Source: the human T2T-CHM13v2.0 reference genome, Homo sapiens
Strand: one strand, 5' to 3'
NCBI RefSeq assembly: GCF_009914755.1
Contig: NC_060926.1
DNA: 64,000 nt
Every line of letters begins with the position of its first letter. Positions within the stretch are counted from its first letter, which is position 1. Under the pieces are notes generated by a model, which saw nothing but the letters and a program-made list of their open reading frames with translations, had not been told where the DNA came from and ran no database searches. A program made the position numbers and the translations under genes. Positions 45,060-54,184 of this stretch are shown in pieces.

Positions 45060-46636
45060 TGCACTGAGGGACCTGAAATTCAACTTTCTCAGGTTAACAC
45101 CTTTTTGCTTTTCACGTGTGTATGAACATGAGAATGGTTTTTACAGTCTGATGGCAGATGTAAACATCTAAATGTCACCATGTATTTCCAGTTTCTGCAA
45201 GCCTTCATTCTGAATTCTCGTTTACAGACAGGAGCAGATTAAAGCCCTTTGGGTGCTGGTCTTCCAGGCCTCCTCTCTACCCTGACCCAAAACGGGTTCA
45301 CCAGGCAGCCTTCACTGCTGCGCACTGACAGCTCCCCACAGACCGGAGAGCCAGAGTGCTGCCCCTCCCTGCAGCCATCTCTACTTCACAGCATTCTTTC
45401 ATACACCTACTTTCATTTCATCCTCATGCCAGCCTGGTGCAGGAGGTGCTAATATCTCTATTTAACAGATGAGAAAGTGAGGCTCAGCGGGGTTAGAAAC
45501 CAGTGATTTAGCGTTTCAGCTGTGGGAGCCAGAACCAGTTACTGGCCTTGCTTCTCAGGGCTGGAAAGTATCAGTAGTTAGTTCTAAGCTGTTTTTCTTT
45601 AAAATCGTAAAGCTAAAGGGAGTCTAGAAAGAGCACACAATCCACTCCCATTTATCTTAGCACAAACAGCTTTCAGTTGATATATTGAAAAGAGAAAGGG
45701 TCAGAAAAAAATTATGACCCCAAATATCTATATATATCCATGCATTAAATACAAGTAATAAGCAGCATAAACTGAAATTACTACATGGGGTGGTAAAAAT
45801 GATCTCCCCAAATTTGGTGTGTGTGACACACTGCTCAAAAGAGGAAAAAAAAAAAAAAGCCCCTCAGCAAGGAGGACAGAATCCTGTGTGGAGGTGGGTA
45901 CAGAGAAAAGCTACAGCCACCTCTCTGGGCACTCAAGAGGTGGTGTGTGGCAGGGCCTATGCAACTCAGGAAATTCTAGAATTCTGTCAACATTGGTCTA
46001 CAGGTTCCCAAGAGAAGGGGGTCATATACGCTGGTGGATGGGGTAGAAGCAAACCTGTTAGGGGCCAAAAGTTATTCACATTTGCAAAATTAGTAATTGG
46101 CGATACCTCTGAAGTCTACCTTGGTACTGTTTATTTCTGAAAAGAGAGAAAATATGACGGTCTGCGTTTCTAGTTAGGCTGTCACATGGGAGGGGCAACA
46201 CCAGGTGATCACAAACCTGCCCCACCTCAAGGTGCAGCTTTCACAGGAACACACATGCCAAGGACGCCCAGGTAATTCAGACTGGCTGTAGGTGTTCACT
46301 GCCTCATCCTCTGTTTTCTTAGGGGGCCGCAGGAGCAGAAGGCAACCCACAATGGTTTGAAATCTGAGGCAGTTCTGGCCTCAAACTTGGACAGGGCTGG
46401 CAACTGCCCTGAACCCTCTCCTCCCACTTCCCCAGGCTGCTGCCCCAGGTGTGAGAGCTGCCCTGACAACGCAAATGGCTAAAGCCTCAGCACCGGCAGG
46501 AGCAGGACTAGGAAGTTCTCTTACATCTCCCAGATGCTTTGCTAACAGTAGGAGAAGCAACTTCAGACAAGTGAGGCACCAAAGGAATGAAGGGCATTGA
46601 GAAGAATGGAAATCTGGAAGGCCATCTTTCTATTTT

Positions 46637-48066
46637 TGAGAGGTGACAGCGTGCTGGCAGTCCTCAGAGCCCTCGCTCGCTCTCGGCGCCTCCTCTGCCT
46701 GGGCTCCCACTTTGGCGGCACTTGAGGAGCCCTTCAGCCCACCGCTGCACTGTGGGAGCCCCTTTCTGGGCTGGCCAAGGCCAGAGCCGGCTCCCTCAGC
46801 TTGCAGAGAGGTGTGGAGGGAGAGGCGCGAGTGGGAACCGGGGCTGCGCGTGGCGCTTGCGGGCCAGCTGGAGTTCCGGGTGGGCATGGGCTTGGTGGGC
46901 CCCACACTCAGAGCAGCTGGTGGGCCCTGCTGGCCCCGGGCAATGAGGGGCTTAGCACCCAGGCCAGCAGCTGCGGAGGGTGTACTGGGTCCCCCAGCAG
47001 TGCCAGCCCACCAGTGCTGTGCTCAGTTTCTCGCTGGGTCTTAGCTGCCTTCCCAAGGGGCAGGGCTCGGGACCTGCAGCCCGCCATGCCTGAGCCTCCC
47101 ACCCCTTCCATGGGCTCCTGTACAGCCCCAGCCTCCCTGATGAGTGCCGCCCCCTGCTCCAAGGTGCCCAGTCCCATCGACCACCCAAGGGCTGAGGAGT
47201 GCGGGCACATGGTGCGGGACTGGCAGGCAGCTCCACCTGCAGCCCTGGTGTGGGATCCACTGGGTGAAGCCAGCTGGGCTCCTGAGTCTGGTGGGGACGT
47301 GGAGAACCTTTATGTCTAGCTCAGGGATTGTAAATACACCAATCAGCACTCTGTATCTAGCTCAAGGTTTGTAAATACACCAATCAGCACCCTGTGTCTA
47401 GCTCAGGGTTTGTGAATGCACCAATCCACACTCTGTATCTAGCTACTCTGGTGGGGCCTTGGAGAACCTTTGTGTCAACACTCTGTATCTAGTTAATCTA
47501 GTGGGGACTTAGAGAACCTTTATGTCTAGCTCAGGGATTGTAAACACACCAATCAGCGCCCTGTCAAAACAGACCACTCAGCTCTACCAATCAGCAGGAT
47601 GTCGGTGGGGCCAGATAAGAGAAAAAAAGCAGGCTCCCCGAGCCAGCAGTGGCAACCCACTCGAGTCCCCTTCCACACTGTGGAAGCTTTGTTCTTTCGC
47701 TCTTTGCAATAAATCTTGCTACTGCTCACTCTTTGGGTCCACACTACTTTTATGAGCTGTAACACTCACCGCAAAGGTCTGCAGCTTCACTCCTGAGGCC
47801 AGCGAGACCATGAGCCCACTGGGAGGAATGAACAACTCCAGACACGCCACCTTAAGAGCTGTAACACTCACCACGAAAGTCTGCAGCTTCACTCCTGAGC
47901 CAGTGATACCACGAACCCACAAGAAGGAAGAAACTCCGAACACATCCGAACATCAGAAGGAACAAACTCCAGACGCGCCACCTTAAGAGCTGTAACACTC
48001 ACCACGAGGGTCCGCGGCTTCATTCTTGAACTCAGTGAGACCAAGAACCCACCAATTCTGGACACA
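46637..48066 (+). mobile_element. 5' LTR (LTR12C-like), 1430 bp
   Basis: Begins TGAGAGGTGACAGCGTGCTGGCAG and ends GGACACA. GC-rich U3, tandem CCAAT-containing repeats at 47301-47595, AATAAA at 47708-47713, U5 repeats. Confidence 0.93.
47301..47630 (+). promoter_or_regulatory. ERV9 U3 enhancer/promoter: tandem ~40-bp repeats with CCAAT (NF-Y) and GATA-like motifs, plus TATA-position element
   Basis: Repeated tctagctca..gg..tgtaaa.acaccaatc units and GATAAG just before the A-rich box at 47622-47628. This architecture is established for ERV9 LTRs. Confidence 0.75.
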
Positions 48067-48069
48067 TTT

Positions 48070-48087
48070 TGGCGACCCAGATGGGAC
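48070..48087 (+). promoter_or_regulatory. Primer-binding site, tRNA-Arg type
   Basis: TGGCGACCCAGATGGGAC lies 3 nt after the 5' LTR. Its reverse complement GTCCCATCTGGGTCGCCA matches a tRNA-Arg(CCG) 3' end as I recall it. ERV9 is known to use tRNA-Arg. Confidence 0.85.
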
Positions 48088-49384
48088 ATTTGCCTATCAC
48101 CAAGCGGTGAGACAATCGCCAAGCGGTGAGACCATCGCCGAGCAATGAGACCATCACCTATCGCCAAGCAGTGAGTACCATCGGACCCCTTTAGCTTGCT
48201 ATTCTGTCCTATTTTTCCTTAGAATTCAGGGGCTAAATACCGGGCACCTGTCAGCCAGCTAAAAGTGACTAGTGCGGACACCGGACTAAAAACATGGGTG
48301 TCAGGCTTTCTGGGAGGGGGCTCTCTAACAACCCCCGACTCTTCAGAGTTGGGATCATTGGTTTGCCTAAAACGAGCTTCTGCTTTTCCTGTACTTCTGG
48401 GCTGAGCCGAGGGTTGACAGAGAGGAAAGCCATGCAGCTCCAGGGTCCCGACAACAAGTTGGTTGACCCTGCGGCCATGAGCAGAACTCTAAAAGCATGT
48501 CACCCAAGCGAGACTCACCCATCTATCCTATCTATCCTGACCCTTGCCCCCTGGGTCCTAAGGCCTGCCACACAAACTTCCTCTCACCTCTCTTCTCTGA
48601 GGTTAGTCCCGCTTCTAAAAATTGCTACCTGTCTCTGGTGCTTTTTTAGTTTCTCCTATAAGAATGATTTCTACTATAAACTCCAGGACTCTGTTACCTT
48701 CTTTAGGCACCCGGGTTCACCAATCAGAAAGACATAATTTTTGCCCAAAGCCCCATCATAGTGGGGACTACCTGGAATTTTAGGATCCCTCCTCAGACTA
48801 ACAGGCCTAACAAAAGCTATTCCTGAAGCTAGGATATGGGGAGCCTCAGAAATTGTATCCTTCCTATTCATGAGCAAAGGTGTCACTCTTCCAACCCTGA
48901 AGATCCCTTCCCTCCCTCAGGGTATGGCCCTCCACTTCATTTTTGGGGCATAACATCTTTATAGGAAAGGGGTAAAGTCCCAACACTAACAGGAGAATGC
49001 TTAGGACTCTAACAGGTTTTCGAGAATGTGTCGGTAAGGGCCACTAAATCCGATTTTTCTCGGTCGGTCCTCCCTGTGGTCTAGGAGGACAGGCAAGGGT
49101 GCAGGTTTTCGAGAATGCGTAGGTAAGGACCACTAAATCCAACCTTCTTTGGTCCTCCATGTGGTCTGGGAGGAAAACTAGTGTTTCTGCTGCTGCGTCG
49201 GTGAGCCCAACTATTCCGATCAGCAGGGTCCAGGGACCGTTGCAGGTTCTTGGGCAGGGGTTGTTTCTGCTGCTGCGTCAGTGAGCACAACTATTCCAAT
49301 CAGCAGGGTCCAGGGACCATTGCAGGTTCTCGAGCAGGGGAAGAAACAAAATAAACCAAAACTGCGGGCGGTTTTGTCTTTCAG

Positions 49385-50860
49385 ATGGGAAACATTCAGG
49401 CATCAACAGGCCCACCCTTGAAATGCATCCTAAGCCTTTGGGACCAATTTGACCCATAAACCCTGAAAAAGAGGCAGCTCATTATTTTCTGCACTACGGC
49501 TTGGCCCCAGTATTCTCTCTCTGATGGGGAAAAATGGTCATCTGAGGGAAGTACAAATTACAATACTATCCTGCAGCTTGACCTTTTCTGTAAGAGGCAA
49601 GGCAAATGGAGTGAAATACCTTATGTCCGAGCTTTCTTTTCATTGAGAGAGAATACACAACTATGCAAAGCTTGCAATTTACATCCCACAGGAGGACCCC
49701 TCAGCTTACCCCCATATCCTAGCCTCCCTATAGCTCCCCTTCCTATTAATGATAATCCTTTTCTAATCTCCCCTGCCCAGAAGGAAGTAAGCAAAGAAAT
49801 CTCCAAAGGACCATAAAAAACCCCGGGCTATCGGTTATGTCCCCTTCAAGCTGTAGGGGGAGGGGAATTTGGCCCAACCCGGGTACATGTCCCCTTCTCC
49901 CTCTCTGATTTAAAGCAGATCAAGGCAGACCTGGGGAGGTTTTCAGATGATCCTGATAGGTACATAGATCCTATGTACCTATCAGGTCCTACAGGGTCTA
50001 GGGCAAACCTTTGACCTCACTTGGAGAGATGTCATGCTACTGTTAGATCAAACCCTGGCCTGTAATGAAAAGAATGCAGCTTTAGCTGCAGCCCGAGAGT
50101 TTGGAGATACCTGGTATCTTAGTCAAGTAAATGACAGAATGACAGCCGACGAAAGGGACAAATTCCCTACTGGTCAGCAAGCCATCCCCAGTATGGATCC
50201 CCACTGGGACCTTGACTCATATCATGGGGACTGGAGTCGTAAACATCTGTTGACCTGTGTTCTAGAAGGACTAAGGAGAATTAGAAAAAAGCCCATGAAT
50301 TATTCAATGATGTCCACCGTAACTCAGGGAAAGGAGGAAAATCCTTCTGCCTTCCTCGAGCAGCTACGAGAGGCCTTAAGAAAATATACTCCCCTGTCAC
50401 CCAAATCACTCGAGGGTCAATTGATTCTAAAAGATAAGTTTATTACCCAATCAGCCGCAGATATCAGGAGAAAGCTCCAAAAGCAAGCCCTGGGCCCTGA
50501 ACAAATTCTAGAGATATTATTAAACCTGGCAACCTTGGTGTTCTATAAGAGGGACCAAGAGGAACAGGCCCAAAAGGAAAAGCGAGATCAGAGAAAGGCC
50601 ACAGCCTTAGTCATGGCCCTCAGACAGACAAACCTTGGTGGTTCAGAGAGGACAGAAAATGGAGCAGGCCAATCACCTGGTAAGGCTTGTTATCAGTGTG
50701 GTTTACTGGGACACTTTAAAAAAGATTGTCCAATGAGAAACAAACTGCCCCCTCGTCCATGTCCACTATGCCGAGGCAATCACTGGAAGGTGCACTGCCC
50801 AGAGGATGAAGGTTCCCTGGGTCAGAAGCCCCTAACCAGATGATCCAACAACAGGACTGA
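49385..50860 (+). pseudogene. HERV9 gag, disrupted
   Basis: ATG at 49385 (MGNIQASTG, myristoylation-type Gly2). In-frame TAA at 49457 and 49814, and a frameshift at about 49970. Then the major homology region QGKEENPSAFLEQLREAL and Zn knuckles CYQCGLLGHFKKDC and CPLCRGNHWKVHC. A further frameshift near 50800 precedes the ancestral stop QQQD-TGA at 50858-50860. Confidence 0.9.
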
Positions 50861-53110
50861 GGGTGCCCGGGGCAAGTGCCAGCTCATGTCATCACCCTCA
50901 CTGAGCCCCGGGTATGTTTAACTATTGAGGGCCAGGAAATTGACTTCCTCCTGGACACTGGCACAGCCTTCTCAGTGTTAATCTCCTGTCCTGGACGACT
51001 ATCCTCAAGATCCATTACCATCTGAGGAATCCTGGGACAGTCTGTAACCAGGTATTTCTCCCACCTCCTCAGTTGTAATTGGGAGACTTTGCTCTTTTCA
51101 CATGCCTTTCTTGTTATGCCTGAAAGTCCCACACCCTTATTAGGGAGAGATATATTAGCCAAGGCTGGAGCTATTATCTACATGAATATGGGGAACAAGT
51201 TACCCATTTGTTGTCCCCTACTTAAAGAGGGAATCAACCCTGAAGTCTGGGCATTGGAAGGACAATTTGGAAGGGCAAAAAATGCCCACCCAGTCCAAAT
51301 CAGGTTAAAAGATCCCACCACTTTTCCTTATCAAAAGCAATATCCCTTAAGGCATGAAGCTCATAAAGGATTACGGAATACTGTTAAACATTTGAAAGCT
51401 CACGGCTTAGTAAGGAAATGCAGCAGTCCCTGCAACACCCCAATTCTGGGAGTACAAAAACCAAACGGTCAGTGGAGACTAGTGCAAGATCTTAGACTCA
51501 TTAATGAGGCAGAAATTCCACTATATCCAGTTGTACCCAACCCCTATATCCTGCTCTCTCATATACCAGAGGAAGCAGAATGGTTCATGGTTCTGGACCT
51601 CAAGGATGCCTTCTTCTGTATTCCCCTGCATTCTGACTCCCAGTTCCTCTTTGCCTTTGAGGATCCCACAGACCACACGTCCCAACTTACGTGGACAGTC
51701 TTGCCCCAGGGGTTTAGGGATAGCCCTCATCTGTTTGATCAGGCACTGGCCCAAGATCTAGGCCACTTCTCAAGTCCAGGCACTCTGGTCCTTCAATATG
51801 TGGATGATTTACTTTTGGCTACCAGTTTGGAAGCCTCATGCCAGCAGGCTACTCTAGATCTCTTGAACTTTCTAGTTAATCAAGGGTACAAGGTGTCTAG
51901 GTCGAAGGCCCAGCTTTGCCTACAGCAGGTCAAATATCTAGGCCGAATCTTAGCCAGAGGGGCCAGGGCCCTCAGCAAGGAACAAATACAGCCTATACTG
52001 GCTTATCCTTGCCCTAAGACGTTAAAACAGTTGAGGGGGTTCCTTGGAATTACCAGCTTTTGCCAACTATGGATCCCCGGATACAGTGAGATAGCCAGAC
52101 CCCTCTATACTCCAATCAAGGAAACCCAGAGGGCAAATGCTCATCTAGTAGAATGGCAACCAGAGGCAGAAACAGCCTTCAAAACCTTAAAGCAGGCCCT
52201 AGTACAAGCTCCAGCTTTAAGCCTTCCCACAGGACAGAACTTCTCTTTATACGTCACAGAGAGAGCCGGGATAGCTCTTGGAGTCCTTACTCAGACTCAT
52301 GGGACAACCCCACAACCAGTGGCATACCTAAGTAAGGAAACTGATGTAGTAGCAAAAGGCTGGCCTCGCTGTTTAAGGGTAGTTGCAGCAGTGGCCGTCT
52401 TAGTGTCAGAGGCTATCAAAATAATACAAGGAAAGGATCTCACTGTCTGGACTACTCATGATGTAAATGGCATACTAGGTGCCAAAGGAAGTTTATGGCT
52501 ATCAGACAACTGCCTACTTAGATACCAGGCGCTACTCCTTGAGGGACTGGTGCTTCAAATACACACCTGCGTGGCCCTCAACCCTGCCACTTTTCTCCCA
52601 GAGGATGGGGAACCAATCGAACATGACTGCCAACAAATTATAGTCCAGACTTACGCTGCCTGAGATGATCTCTTAGAAGTCCCCTTAACTAATCCTGACC
52701 TTAACCTATATACTGATGGAAGTTCATTTGTGGAGAATGGGATACGAAGGGCAGGTTATGCCATAGTTAGTGATGTAACCATACTTGAAAGCAAGCCTCT
52801 TCCCCCAGGGACCAGTGCCCAGTTAGCAGAACTAGTGGCACTTACCTGAGCCTTAAAACTGGGAAAGGGAAAAAGAATAAATGTGTATACAGATAGCAAG
52901 TATGCTTATCTAATCCTACATGTCCATGCTGCAATATGGAAAGAGAAGGAGTTCCTAATCTCTGGGGAAACCCCCATTAAATACCACAAGGAAATTATAG
53001 AGTTATTGCATGCAGTGCAAAAATACAAAGAGGTGGGAATCTTACACTGACAAAGCCATCCAAATGGGAAGGAGAGGGGAGAACAGCAGCATAAGCGGCT
53101 GGCAGAGGTA
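50861..53110 (+). pseudogene. HERV9 pro-pol (protease, RT, RNase H); integrase absent
   Basis: Single frame containing protease LLDTG (GAC at 50954), RT motifs LDLKDAFF, LPQGFRDSP and YVDD (51797), and RNase H motifs YTDGSS, SAQLAEL and YTDSKY. Stops at 51023, 52661, 52847 and 53048. Confidence 0.92.
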
Positions 53111-53288
53111 GGGAAAGACCAGCAAGAAGGAAAGAGAGAAAAAGAAAGAGAAAGAAAGAGAGGAAGAACCAAAGAGGGAGTCAGAGAGAAAGAGAAAGAG
53201 ACAAAGGAGAAGTCAAAGAGAAAAAAAGAGAGATGGAAGTAGTAAAGAAAAAACACTGTATCCCATTCCTTTAACAGCCAGGGTAAAT

Positions 53289-54127
53289 TTCTGTCTACCC
53301 AGCCAAGGCATATTTTTCTATGTGGAACATTGACCTATATCTGCCTCCCCACTAACTGGACAGGCACCTGCACCTTAGTCTTTCTAAGTCCCAACATTAA
53401 CATTGCCCCAGGAAATCAGACCTTATCAGTACCCCTCAAAGCTCAAGTCCGTCAGCGCAGAGCCATACAACTAATACCCCTATTTATAGGGTTAGGAATG
53501 GCTACTGCTACAGGAACCTGAATAGCTGGTTTATCAACTTCATTATCCTACTACCACACACTCTCAAAGGATTTCTCAGACAGTTTGCAAGAAATAATGA
53601 AATCTATCCTTACTTTACAATCCCAAATAGACTCTTTGGCAGCAGTGACTCTCCAAAACCGCTGAGGCCTAGATCTCCTCACTGCTGAAAAAGGAGGACT
53701 CTGCACCTTCTTAGGGGAAGAGTGTTGTTTTTACACTAACCAGTCAAGGATAGTATGAGATACCGCCCGGCGTTTACAGGAAAACGCTTCTGAAATCAGA
53801 CAATGCCTTTCAAATTCTTATGCCAACCTCCGGAGTTGGGCAACATGGCTTCTCCCCTTTCTAGGTCCCTTGGCAGCCATCTTGCTGTTACTAGCCTTTG
53901 GGCCCTGTATTTTTAAACTTCTTATCAAATTTGTTTCCTCTAGAATCGAGGCCATCAAGCTACAGATGGTTTTACAAATGGAACCCCAAATGAGTTAAAC
54001 TAACAACTTCTACCGAGGACCCCTGGACCGACCCACTGGCACTTCCACTGGCCTAGAGACCTCCCCTCTGGAGGACACTACAACTGCAGGGCCCCTTCAT
54101 CGCCCCTCTCCAGCAGGAAGTAGCTAG
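53289..54127 (+). pseudogene. HERV9 env remnant (end of SU plus TM)
   Basis: Furin site RQRR, fusion peptide AIQLIPLFIGLG, immunosuppressive domain [18 protein letters not shown]6CC (CTFLGEECC) and membrane span WLLPFLGPLAAILLLLAFGPCIF. Stops at 53519, 53663, 53756 and 53996, with the terminal TAG at 54125-54127. Confidence 0.9.
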
Positions 54128-54173
54128 AACGGTCATTGGCCAAATTCCCAACAGCAGTTGGGGTGTCCTGTTT

Positions 54174-54183
54174 AGAGGGGGGA
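54174..54183 (+). other. Polypurine tract
   Basis: AGAGGGGGGA immediately before the 3' LTR. Confidence 0.85.
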
Positions 54184-54184
54184 T

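Noticed and set aside
46630-47374. Multiple overlapping 70-170 aa ORFs, repeated at 54172-54960
   Set aside because: Stop-poor GC-rich LTR12C U3 sequence, duplicated simply because the LTR is duplicated.
47301-47560. Regularly spaced ~40-bp repeats superficially like a CRISPR array (also the 31.3-kb minisatellite)
   Set aside because: No unique spacers, eukaryotic context; these are ERV9 enhancer repeats and a VNTR.
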